From assembly GCA_951804945.1 (NCBI GenBank), contig OX638155.1:62868001-62932000 (forward strand): a stretch of 64,000 nt of DNA. The letters run 5' to 3'. Source of the DNA: Podarcis cretensis. Lineage: Eukaryota. Below are positions 12,930 to 24,700 of this stretch, one piece after another. The stretch's first letter is position 1. Every line of letters begins with the position of its first letter. The notes below the pieces were generated by a model. The model did not search any database. It was given only the letters and a program-made list of their open reading frames with translations, and was not told where the DNA came from. Both the position numbers and the translations under genes were made by a program.

Positions 12930-13107
12930 CAGGGGTGTCCAACAGGTCGATCACTATCTACTGGTCGATTGCAGGGTGTCCGTGGTTGATCGCAGTCGAC
13001 TTTGGCTGCCTAAAAATAGCTCAAAAACAACTTTGGTAAATCCAATGGGTAGATCACTGCAAGTTTTTTAATAGTGGGAGTAGATCACAGTATCTTGGAT
13101 ATGCCTG
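12930..13107. mobile_element. hAT-type MITE
   Basis: Termini CAGGGGTGTCCAA / TTGGATATGCCTG. Perfect 8-bp TSD TGTTAGAG at 12922-12929 and 13108-13115. Confidence 0.85.
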
Positions 13108-13259
13108 TGTTAGAGAAAATTGCTGGTCAAATGCTGGCAATTTTTTTGGAAGATTAAAATAAAACACAGCAAAGTGATGTTGGAAATGTGGCAAACTGAA
13201 TTTAAGATTGGGAAAATGAGACATTAAGAAAAAACAAACTGTTGGATTCAGCCATTCCT

Positions 13260-13859
13260 TGTTGTTGTTGTTTAGTCGTTTAGTCGTGTCCGGCTCTTCG
13301 TAACCCCATGGACCAGAGCACACCAGGAACTTCTGTCTTCCACTACCTCCTGCAGTTTAGTCAAATTCATGCTGGTAGCTTCGAGAACATTATCCAACCA
13401 TCTCGTCCTCTGTAGTCCCCTTCTCCTTGTGCCCTCAATCTTTCCCAACATCAGGGTCTTTTCCAGTGAGTCTTCTCTTCTCATGAGGTGGCCAAAGTAT
13501 TGGAGCCTCAGCTTCACGATCGGTCCTTCTAGTGAGCACTCAGGGCTGATTTCCTTCAGAATGGAGAGGTTTGATCTCCTTGCAGTCCATGGGACTGTCA
13601 AGAGTCTCCTCCAGCGCATAATTCAAAAGCATCAATTCTTCGGTGATCAGCCTTTATGGTCCAGCTCTCACTTCCATCCATCACTACTGGGATAACCATA
13701 GCTTTAACTATACGGACCTTTGTTGGCAAGGTGATGTCTCTGCTTTTTAAGATGCTGTCTAGGTTTGTCATTGCTTTTCTCCCAAGAAGCAGGTGTCTTT
13801 TAATTTCGTGGCTTCTGTCACCATCTGCAGTGATCATGGAGCCCAAGAAAGTAAAACCT
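13260..13859 (-). mobile_element. Bov-B (RTE clade) LINE, 5'-truncated 3' end
   Basis: Minus-strand peptides GSMITADGDRSHEIKRHLLLGRKAMTNLDSILKSRDITLPTKV and WTARRSNLSILKEISPECSLEG..LQYFGHLMRREDSLEKTLMLGKIEG match the Bov-B ORF C-terminus. It has a (CAA)n tail and TSD CATTCCT (13253-13259 / 13860-13866). Confidence 0.95.
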
Positions 13860-13892
13860 CATTCCTAGTCGCCAGTAAATCTATACTGGTGA

Positions 13893-14098
13893 CATCAGGC
13901 AGTGCACTTTTCGGCATCTGCTGAAAACACTTTTGTTTAGGCAAGGCTATCCAGACACATAGATGTTGGCATCTTTTAATCTTCCTTCACCACACGATTG
14001 CCGATTTTAATGTTTTGAATATTTTTAATATCTGCTTTTAACTGTTTTTTAATTGACAATTGTAATGTTTTATTTTATATTGTTGCAAACCACTTAGA
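13893..14098 (+). mobile_element. L2 LINE 3' end fragment
   Basis: F(R)HLLKTLLFRQGY-like end of ORF2, followed by a T-rich 3' UTR ending TTGTTGCAAACCACTTAG. Confidence 0.55.
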
Positions 14099-14099
14099 A

Positions 14100-14437
14100 C
14101 AGCGGTTCCCAAACTTTGGGGGGCCACCCCCCTTGGTTCCATAAGTTGATCCCCAACACCCATTATTCAGAATAGTGGTTTGTACAACCATTAAGGAAGA
14201 TAATAACACAATAAAATTTCAGTAACAATCGGTTGCACATTTATTTAAAATCGAACTGAAACTATTTGGTTTAATTATTTCAACCAAATTGATGAACTTG
14301 ATCCACTGATACCAACTTTTCAAAGTCTGAAATCTGATACCTCCAGCTTCCCTTGCTGCTCCCTTGTCTCTTAGCAACCCCTAGGTAATTCTAGCCCTAC
14401 CCCCAGGGAGAGGTACCACCCACTTTGAGACCCACTG
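14100..14437. mobile_element. hAT-like MITE
   Basis: Termini CAGCGGTTCCCAAA / TTTGAGACCCACTG; no clear TSD. Confidence 0.6.
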
Positions 14438-14714
14438 AGGAACTGATGATTCCTGGAATGAAAATGCTTTCTAATGCAGAAAGCAATGAAGTGTGGGGAA
14501 AAAGAAAGGGGGGAATTATGAAATATTCCCTCGCCAAAAAACACCCACCATTTTTACAGGCATATTGCCATATTAGCAATAGGAAGTACATTCAGTCAGA
14601 AATAACTCACACTGAATTAAAAGGGATTTGCTTTGGGGTGCATATCAAAGGATGGCTGTGTTCCAATTCATCTAATGCTTTGGGAAGTTTGAATTAGGCC
14701 ATTAGGTACCATAA

Positions 14715-14900
14715 GAGAGCTAGTGTAGTAGTTAGATTATTCAGGAGACCAGAGTTAAAATCCACACTTGGTCATGAAACTCAGTGAGGGACCTTGGGCA
14801 AGGCTCTGTCCTTCAGCTTAACCTAGTTCACAGGGTTGTTGTGAGAATAAAATGAAGAGTGAGAAGAACCATGAATGCCACTTTGAGCTCCTTGGAGGAA
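14715..14900 (+). mobile_element. Old CORE/MIR-like (Squam3-related) SINE
   Basis: Degenerate tRNA head, GACCTTGGGCAAG, and CACAGGGTTGTTGTGAGAATAAAATG, which are CORE-SINE hallmarks. Confidence 0.6.
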
Positions 14901-16753
14901 TAATAAAGAAATTACCCAATCCTTTTCTTTTTTAAAAAATGCAGGCAGGTGAACTTGATTAGTAATATCTAATATTTAATTGGGTCAACTTCTTCAAAAC
15001 AGTGAGGGGAAGACACCTGGTCACATCTACGTCAAAGAACAGGACACATTCATGGGCTTGCATGTGCATCTTTATAGTTACACACTTGCAAATTTAAGTT
15101 TTATTAGTGCAACTGTTCCTTCTAAATGAGCATGACAGCTACACAGTCAATCAAGAGCTGTCCTCCAGACCACTTGAGTTTTCAGTCGGGAGCTACCTCC
15201 CACAGTGCTGGCGCTGTTGTTATTCATCTTACGCTCCACACTCTTCCAGCAACAAAGGCAACAGCTGCAGCCCAAGGCAGTCAACTTTGCAACTGCAATA
15301 CATGACAACCTCTGGCAGAGCTCTCTTCAACCGCGGCAGCAGCATCTGGAGGGCTTGACAACCCTATCGTTTCTCTATTGGCTAGAAGCCCTACAGACAG
15401 CTGTGGAACTGTCTCTATTGCTATCCAGAGATTTGGATGTGGTGGGATTGACAAGAGTTTGCCTGTCCTTTCCCTCTCCTAGTAGAGGTCTAATCAGCCG
15501 CTGCCAACCTCAGTCACATTACATTTTGTCAGCATCATGCTTTCAGCTGATTGCATATATTTTGCAAAATAATCAGTTCTTTCACCCCACTATTAGATGG
15601 GGCCACTGATGAATGTGGTCCTCCTTGATTTCTAGGAAGACTTCTGTTGCCTCTGGTAGATAAGTAAGTTCCTGCTTATGATTTCCAGCATGACCCTTAA
15701 AAGAAAAATATCGTTTTTAAAAGCACAAGCATCATCTGTAGCAAACTTGGAAGCCAGGAACAGGGTAGCTCATGACTGTTTTGGTATAACTACAACTTGG
15801 AGAATGAACTATCCTTGGGGCCAGTTCAAAACAGGAGGAGATGTAAAGATGTAGATAGCAATTCCACATTAAAAGTATTACTCATTAAAGCACATCCATG
15901 ATCATGTAGTAATAGATGAGAAAGAGCTTTTGGAGCTGACCACTGGTCCCTTGGTGGGCTATAATATTCTTGGGAGAAGGATATAAATGTTCAAATAGAG
16001 AGATCAAGAATGGAAATCACTGTGGTTAGCTAAGCCTTATAAATCTGTTTCATCATATGTTGGGGAATGTTCCTTCAAAGTCCTGCGTAGATGGCATCAT
16101 ACACTTCCAGAACTTTAGTTGAATAAAGTTTGGTATGCATCTCCACATTATTTGCAAACTGACTCTTTTCTGGAAGCAAATAGGACAGAAATGAGCGCTA
16201 AACTTGCACTGTATTCCACCAGTTTCCAAAACTGGATTTTACATTGTATAGAAGATCAAATATAATGCAGAATGTAACAGCTAGGGGAAATTCCCAGACA
16301 TAATGGCAAGAGAGGAAGAAAATTTGGTATTAATTAATATGATTAAAGTGACACTTTGGGAACGATGAGGGGGAAATTAAAGAAAGAATAGTAGTAGTTA
16401 TAAAAAAAAGAGGTAGAAAAAAGTGAATATTGTAAAGCAATAAAAGATAAGCAGAATTATATTAATACATTTTAATATAAAACAGGGGGAAAGGGAATTG
16501 AGTTTTGCAAACTGTAATAATAATTTAGACGAACTGGCATGTAGCATTAAAATCACACAGCTTTTACTGAGTAGTGAATTACTGCATGTTATGATACTTG
16601 CTGCACTGCCATTCTAATATTTTATATTTGTACAGGATTTAGATTTTCATTCTAAGTATAGTTGTACTCAGACTATAGCAAAGGTTCCAACTTCTGGGTG
16701 AAGGTCAAGAATTCTCAAAACAGAGGTGAAGACAATCAAGCTGTATTTGGGCA

Positions 16754-16847
16754 AAATAAAAAAAATTCCTTCCAGTAGCACCTTAGAGACCAACTAAGTT
16801 TGTTATTGGTACGAGCTTTCGTGTGCATGCACACTTCTTCAGATACA
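16754..16847 (-). mobile_element. Penelope-like element (PLE) terminal fragment
   Basis: TTCCTTCCAGTAGCACCTTAGAGACCAACTAAGTTTG is shared with 56807 and 59352. Flanked by a 13-bp duplication CTGTATTTGG(G/A)CA (16741-16753 / 16848-16860). Confidence 0.8.
16809..16846 (-). ncRNA. Minimal type I hammerhead ribozyme motif
   Basis: Minus-strand RNA GUAU-CUGAAGA-A-GUGUGC-AU-GCACAC-GAAA-GC-UC^GUAC shows the core CUGAnGA/GAAA/UH, a 4-bp stem I, a 6-bp stem II and a palindromic AGCU stem III. Confidence 0.75.
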
Positions 16848-18325
16848 CTGTATTTGGACACACAGCTTTTGAGCAGAAGAAGCAGGGACAAGCCCCACTA
16901 CCTCCACCCTCCAACTCATGGAGGAAGAAAGTCTGAAGTGGGGATCCTCATGTATGGTAGAGGCTCCTTGTATGATTAGAATCCTGAATATGATCGAATC
17001 ACATGGTGAACCTCCGCCAGTAGAGAAATTTCACTTCTTTGGGCCTTTGATTTCCACCCACAGAGGGGTGAAGCTTAGCATGTTCATCCCAGCTTTCTCT
17101 GCTTGCATGCAGATTTTACATGTGATCAAAATGCCCAAATAGGGTCTGACTTTCCCTAAGCTAAGAAATAAAGAGTTTAAGGCTCCACAAGTGGAAGCAA
17201 ATTGTGTAATGGCATAATCTGAATGTCTCATATTATGTGAGGACTAACGCTAGGGGTCCCCCCCCCCTTTCCTTAACTTTTCTTCTCCTGCATTGGGTTC
17301 ACCAACTAGTAATTAGTTTCATATTGAATACAAGCCTTCAGATTAACTCCCATTCCTGGCCAGATATTTACTATACATTGGGAGAGAGAGTTCAAATATT
17401 CTGGGATCTCTCCTACATTCAAACCAGGTCAAAAAGTACACAGTAAGCATTAAAAATGTTGTGTTCCTTGTAATTATATTTCCTTTGTGGAAATGTTAAT
17501 GCCCATAATCAAAACTATATGTAATTGCCAGTTAGTGCCTTAAGCATATTGATTTGTGTTTTTTATATGGAGACACCAGTCCCTTTATAGTGCAGCTGCC
17601 CTTGGGAGACTCCATAAATACCACATTAAAAAAATAACACTTTTCCTGACTAGATGATCCACATACATACAAATGTTAAGTTTTAGTGGTATTCTGTGTG
17701 TGCGCTCTCTCTCTTTCTGGTTAAATGCAGCATTTATCCACATGATTGCTCACATAAGTTGAAATTCTATGGGTTTTGACCTAGGGTGTGACTGAACACA
17801 GAGACTGTTATTAAGCCCTGTTAAGGGCTTTATATCACTTCCTGGATATTTCTGGGCCAAAAGCCTGAACGCCACTGTGCTCTGATGAGGGCTGGATTGC
17901 CCATTGCACTAAGTACACTATAAAACAGCACTGCAGTCAAACTGGAGGGCATTTTACAATATAATTACCAGTGTATGTGCTTCTCCTATCTATACACAAG
18001 TCTTATTCAAAACCCCTACAGTGCATTTCTGGGTAGCTCTTCATGTACAAATGATGGGAGACTGTGGTCTTGTTCCCAGCAGCAAAGAACGTAATCTACT
18101 GGCAGCCTGCCCGTCATGACTGAGCAGGATGAGTACTATCTGGTGAATGGTGCCTGGCTCTAACACAAGGTACATGATGCAACTATTCTGGCATGGATAC
18201 ACTAACTACCTAATAGTTCCTGGCCTAAATTTAAAAAGCTAATTGTTACCTTTCAGGCCTTGTAAAACCTAGGTTCAGCATAGTTTGTGGAATATACAAA
18301 GTCTCATAAGAATTATTCCATTCCC

Positions 18326-19448
18326 GGGGGGCCACTAGGGGGCGTATCGGAAGATGGCTGACAATAACATCTCTCTGACCCACACGAGGTAATTTGCAGG
18401 CTATGATGGGAGTAATTAGCCTCCCTACCCCCCCCCAGGATGGTGGTGGGGACTGCCCTTGCCTGCTGTGCCCTATACCACCCCCGAATTTGTGGGGATG
18501 GGGACACTAGGCACAAAGCCCTCCTGTGGGATTCCGGTGCTCCTGGATGCCATCCCTGATCCACGCCACTAGCTGCAAGAACTTCAAAAGAAACAATTTG
18601 GATGAAGGAATGCACATATTTCAAGGAAGGAGGGAAAGTAAAGACTGCTAACAGAAGAGATCTCTGATAAAACAAGACAAGATTAAATCATGAGAAGATA
18701 CGCCAAGACACGGTATGGCAAAGGACTGATGGGGGAGGAGGAAAAAACTTTCCCTTCTTTCCTTATGTGATTAAACAAGAATCCCCTCCCCTCATGAGTC
18801 AGAAATGTCATTTTAAGGACTTAAGCTGTGGATTTAAGGCTGTGTGGAGATAAACCTTCGAACCAAAGCATGTTTTAAGAAGAGCGTGGAATGTATAAGA
18901 GCTTTGGAATGACGCAGTTAAAAATGCCGTCGCCATATTGGGAAGTTCTGTCGGAGGACTTGAGTCTGGGAGGAGAAATAGAGAAATAGAGCTGTTTTTA
19001 TATTGTGGGTAAAACTCCTCAGAGGGACTTAAGAGCGACAGTTTTGCAAGATTAATGATGGAAAGAGCGATGTTATCTATGAAGGCGATGATATATGGAA
19101 ACCATCTCGATTTGAGGATTGGAAGAACGGGAAAATTCACACAGGATTATTATTGGTGTTTATCGGCTTAAGGAGACTATCAGAAGAGATCATAAAGAAA
19201 AAAGAGAAAATATATGAACAAGATGTGATGTGGAAACAGCAAGATAAGACTGGATAGAATTATGAACTCTGTTTGGATTGATTTGGACATTAACACAGTA
19301 GCAAGAAGATGATCAGAATCCCCCTTCGGATCTTGAAATATGGGTCCCCCCAACAAAAATTTAAAATTCGGCTTTGTAATTCGGAATTTATGTGATGTGA
19401 TTTAATTTGATTTGATTGGGCGGTTAATAAAAATTTATTTTTTAAAAA
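18326..19448 (+). mobile_element. Full-length non-autonomous L1-mobilised retroelement (HAL1-like)
   Basis: 18-bp TSD AAGAATTATTCCA(T/C)TCCC (18308-18325 / 19449-19466), a GC-rich 5' end, an A-rich body, AATAAA at 19426-19431 and a short A tail. Confidence 0.75.
18330..18360 (+). promoter_or_regulatory. Adjacent CTCF-like and YY1-like motifs in the retroelement 5' UTR
   Basis: GGCCACTAGGGGGCG (CTCF core consensus) at 18330-18344 and AAGATGGCTG (YY1-like) at 18351-18360. This is a motif match only. Confidence 0.45.
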
Positions 19449-20273
19449 AAGAATTATTCCACTCCCTCATGTGATCTGGAATGGTTTGCTCCATGTTTCT
19501 TCCATTTGCCAGGGTTGGAGCACTGCCTTTTTGGTGGGGGCTCCTACTCTGTCAAGTGATCTCTGTAAGGAAGTCTGCCAAGCACCATCATGGCTGATTT
19601 CCATCATCAGGTTAAAACTTTCATTGCCAGGTGAATGGAAGCATGAGTCTTGGACCACAGTTAATGGATCTTCGTCTCCATCCAACCTAGGAAGCTTGAA
19701 GCATGTAGCATTGTTTTTTAGTGATGTCTTCCTCAGAAATAGTTCACACCTATCACCAATCTGGACACAGAGGGCACACACTAGAACAATGAGTGTGCGC
19801 TATGATCTGTGCATCTGCTGTGACCTGTGTGATGTAGCTTCACACAGATTTGCATGTGTATACAAAATCAATCCCTCAAATTCATTTCTAACCATGGAGG
19901 ATGCATTATGTAATTATGGAACCCTGGACAAACAACTGCATCACAGATTAAATGTGTCCATGGTGGTAAATGCACCAATTTATTTTATTTTAGGTTATAT
20001 CCCATTCTTTGATGGCTCCCAGAACAGTTTTAAAAATAAGGCTTTTTATATAGTTTATGAAGAGGAGAAAGATCCCCAGTTCCTGAAAGGTTTTCAGAAA
20101 ATGTTATATTTTTGCTTTGGGGGGATGTTATTGTTTTATATTGTACTTTGGTTTTGAATCATATTGTACTGTTGTTATTCATTTTTAGTGTGTGTTTGCA
20201 TGTGTGTTATTTTTGTAAGCCATTAGAGAGTGATTTAGTATTAAGAGCTATTATTATTTATATGAAATAAATA

Positions 20274-20654
20274 GGTAAAGGTAAAGGACCTCCGGATGGT
20301 AAAGTCCAGTCAAAGGCGACTATGGGGTTGCGGCGCTCATCTTGCCTTTCACGTTGAGGGAGCCGGCATTTGTCTGCAGACAGCTTTCCAGGTCATGTGG
20401 CCAGCATGATTAAACCACTTCTGGCGCAACTAGACACCATGACAGAAGCCAAAACACACAGAAATACCATTTACCTTCCCGCTGCAGAGGTACCTATTTA
20501 TCTACTTGCACTGGTATGCTTTGGAACTCCTAGGTTGGCAGAAGCTGGGACAGAGCAATTGGAGCTTACCCCACCGCACAGATTCAAACTGTTGACCTTC
20601 TGATCAGCAAGTCCAAGAGGCTCAATGGTTTAGACCACAGTGCTACCCAATCCC
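20274..20654 (-). mobile_element. Sauria SINE, older full-length copy
   Basis: (GGTAAA)n tail on the plus strand and a degenerate body. Decayed TSD ATATGAAATAAATA / ACATGACATAAACA. Confidence 0.88.
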
Positions 20655-21603
20655 ACATGACATAAACATATGTATTTAAAATGTAAGCGCTACTTTACCA
20701 CCCCCAAAGGGCCTTCATGTAAAACAATAAATTCACTCTCGAAAATTCAGTGCAATTAAAGCAACCAACGGTAAAACAAAATCACTATATAAAAAAACCA
20801 CACCAGAACAGCACAACACAAAGAACAAATACCAGCAACAGAGCCAGCATAAGCAACAATGATGACAGCTGGCCAATACTGAAGGCCACTGATCCCAACT
20901 AAAACACTTGCTTTTCTTCCATAGGAGAGAATGACAACCATTCACTTATATAAGAAAAATTAAACAGATGCTCAGCCTGGGATACCATTTGAATAGAGGG
21001 ATAAAGCCCACTGATCACAGCTAGTAAGTGGTATTCAGCTGAGAGTAGACCCATGAGCATTACCAACCATAAATTAGTCATGTCCATTCATGTCAATGGG
21101 TCTACCCCAAGTAGGGCTAGTTTTGAATGCCACCCTGAGAACTTACCTGGTTCAGAATACAAATCTGGCACATCTAGAGGAGATGGCAGATCTCTTTTGC
21201 AGATGGCAAAGGTGCTTGTAAAGCACAACCATCTGTCCCTTTTCACTTTAGATCTACAATCCCTTCTCTGTGCATTCAGTAAAATATGCACAAGCAGAAA
21301 CTCATTGGTCCAGGCATTCTACATCCCAGTCAATCAGTTTTGGGGTCAGAAGGCATGCTTCCCCCTCACCACAACAGTGATACTTTACATCCCCTCCCAT
21401 GGAGTGACCGTCAACCATTTACCTATGCATAACTGAAGGACAGCATTGGAGGACAGTACTAGCATAATCCTGCCTTCTGTCCCAGTTGCTCTATCCACTG
21501 AGAATCTGCTCTTACATAGCACCGTACCTTCATTTGCATAGCTGCATCCTGCATTTTTCTTTTTTGGTTATATCCAGGTATGAGAGAATGTTGGAAGCTG
21601 GTC

Positions 21604-21766
21604 TGTTCAACCATCCATCTGCCTGTCTGTCTGTCTGTCTAAGACTCAGTGACTGACTCTAGGCAAAACACATTAGAATCATAGAATCATAGAGTGATTC
21701 TATGTTCAACCATCCATCTGCCTGCCTGTCTGTCTAAGACTCGGTGACTGACTCTAGGCAAAACAC
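21604..21766. repeat. Direct duplication (~65 bp) flanking a 31-bp CR1-tail-derived insert
   Basis: Copies at 21604-21671 and 21703-21766, with insert ATTAGAATCATAGAATCATAGAGTGATTCTA. Confidence 0.85.
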
Positions 21767-24700
21767 CTTCACAGCCTCAGTCCTCTTTCTGTAAAATGGA
21801 AACAGCATTGTTGTAAGGATAAACGAGACAGGAATTGTGGCAGCCCTCCAGACACATCAGAAGTCCTTTGTAAAACTGAAACAAACAGGATGCCGATTTC
21901 TTCACACTCATCCCATTTATTAATATTAGAATTTACACCTTGTATGACTCGAGAAAGGCCACATGAGTAAATATTGCTGTCAAGCTGATAGAGACAAACA
22001 CAGGCTGAGAAATCCATTTACAAAACAAAGGAATATTTACTTTCTGCCTCATAAAATAAGTCAAGAGGCTCACTTGTTATACCAGTTTTTGAGCTATAAA
22101 GAAGAATATTTAGCATAGAGCCCATAGTGGGATGATTAACATTTAAATCTTCATACATGCATGCACATATACAAAACAAGGAAGACAAAAAAGGTACAAT
22201 TTCTCCTCCCCTCTCCCCAGCATTTCTTCTAAGACGGGGGGGGGGCGTATATAGCATTAATGCATCATTTTTATTGCTGAGCCTTAAATAACAATTCTAC
22301 AGGCATTGGTGTGCAGCCCCGTGAGAAGTGCTTGTTTATCACTCTATACTAAACCTTGAGTTAAAAATAAAGCTCTCTTAGAGAGACATTGAAGTAACCC
22401 TAAACCAAGCTGCAAACAAGATTATAATGAGCATATATTAAACTGTCTTCTTTGACATTAACAAGGCAAGCATTGTTAGATTTTACTCTGATCATCAATG
22501 TATAAACCATTGTGGCTTTGCGAAATCAGTCGCTACCTCCTACAGTCTAAAACATACAATCATGCATATGACTTAAGTTGTATCAACGAGGTTGTTCGTG
22601 GCATGTCACAGTAGGACTCTTAATGATCTTCTACAAGGATTCTGTTTGTCTAAGTCGCCTATTCTCTGCCTTGTGATGTGTAGATGTGAACTATGCTGAA
22701 AATAATATGAGGCTAATTACCAGCCTTGTCAATGGCAATTCTCATATAATGATAAACCATATTTCTTTTATTTTTAAATCTCCCAATGATAATGACACTC
22801 CAACTAGAGAGGATTTCAGACTCGGTGGAGTTTCTTTGTTCCCAATAGCATTGCTCTCTTTTTCTCCCCTCTAGGCATGTGTCAGTGTGGATGAAATTAA
22901 AATACAGGAAAGTCAGAACCTAGTCATTAAAAAAAGACTTGATGGAGTCCAACTTTATGCACACCAAAAATTTCTAGGCAGAGAGTTGAGCTGCAATTTC
23001 GGGGTCAAAAAGCACACCATTCGTTAATGGCTAATGTCCCCTTGCTTCCTCCATTCTGTTGAACAAAATAAACCCAATTCCACTCTAGTCATGGGCAACT
23101 GGTTGCACAAAGAAAATCAGGACTAGAGTTAAATGGGTCTGGACATGTTTCTGATGCACATTGATCCTCATACTCATGAAAAATGCATCCAATCAGTTTA
23201 ATGGGTCCCCACAGGAGCATCAAGATGCAGATGGAGCTGCCCATTCAGATACCAGCCTGCATCCATATTCGCTTTGCTTGTGGAAGGCCGATTCTGTGGG
23301 CAGATCTCCCTTTCTACCCATCAGAAGAAAAGACACCCACATTTCTGTACCACTCTGTCCTCTACACTCTTGCCTCTCGGGCTCTGAATGTTTTCCCAGT
23401 CAGCTTGGGTTACATCTCCACCACACATTTAAAGCCCTCTCCTACTGCTTCAAGAAACATGAATCCCAAGAAGTCTAGTTTGTTAAGGTACTGGGGGTTG
23501 CTAGGAGATCCCTCTCAGCACCCTTAAACTACTGTCCCCAGGTTTCTATGGGGAAAACAGTTGAAGTGGTTTAAGAGTGCTTTTAAATGTATTCCTCTTT
23601 AGTTCATTTCTCAGAAAAGAACAGGGAGGAAAAACAAAATGAAGGGCTACTTGGGTGTTTGGGCGCTTCCTAATCCATCCAAACATACCTTGTTAATGGG
23701 GCACTCTGACTCAGCAATGTAAAAAAAGGCTACCCTGAATCGCCCCAATTCACCTTATTATTTTGAGGTAAACACAGAGATGATGTACCACAGCAGGAGA
23801 TTGTGCATCCTGTTACCTTAGAGGTCATGCTACCTTAATACATCTTACCCAGAACAAATACAAAAATGGACACAGTTTAGGTGCACAGGATGAATTTGGT
23901 TGCCTTTATTGAATTAACAAGGGGGAAGGGAATCAATGGAAGTTCACACATCCATTTCACCATGGTAGGGTCATGCACGCTGTAAGAAAGGAAAGTCCCG
24001 CAAAACAAGGGGTAAAACAGTCAGCGAATTTGGAAATTATGGTTCTTAGAACAAGATGAGCTCACTCCATCGCTCACCTCCCAGAAATGTCCCATGTTGC
24101 TCTGTGAAGCATTTGAATCTCTTTCTGAAATTACAGTACAGCCAGTTTAAACCTGATTTGTTCCTGCTCGTTATCCTGGAATTTACAAATATTCTCAACA
24201 TCAACCAACTGTGGGCTGGTTGTCAGGCTGCATTGCTGGTGAGACATGGAAACATGGCTGCAAGATCTGTCATTTCCCCAGTCCATCCATTAAAACTTCT
24301 GGGTGACACATCCTCCCCTATTATTTAGCAGTAAGAGCTTCACATTTACTGAACACATGAAGTCATTTAAAGAGCACATGAGATCACTTAGCATCAGCAA
24401 GGCTTTCCCATTCATGGATCACATAAGGCAGCATGAAATCATCAACTGTAGGGGCTTCTCTGAACAGGCAAATTGGCAGTAGGCCTTGCTGTAATGTTCA
24501 GCCACAGCATGCCAAACCAAACATACAAACAGAAGCCTGGGTGTATCAGTCAGGTGTAGTCTGCCATGGTAAGCATTTGGGAAAGGTTCCGTGTGATTTC
24601 GTTCCCTGCGTAGCACGGTCCACAGAATGCTTCTGAAAGATGCCTTGGCTGTTGCAGAGTGCTGGAAGGAGAAGAAATGGAGGTGTATGGTCCACTCCTT

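Larger units (their letters stand above)
12737..13867. mobile_element. Old DNA-transposon-like element (TAGGGATG..CATTCCTA ends) hosting two younger insertions
   Basis: Inverted ends TAGGGATG / CATTCCTA. Internal AT-rich sequence (AAAATGCATTATGTTAG..AAAATTGCT) resembles 55388-55800. Confidence 0.45.

Noticed and set aside
13272-13846. Host gene encoding an RT-like protein
   Set aside because: It is a frameshifted, 5'-truncated Bov-B copy with a TSD, not a domesticated gene.
19471-20157. 228-aa ORF
   Set aside because: GTG start, no recognisable domain, and it runs through decayed L2-like and low-complexity sequence.
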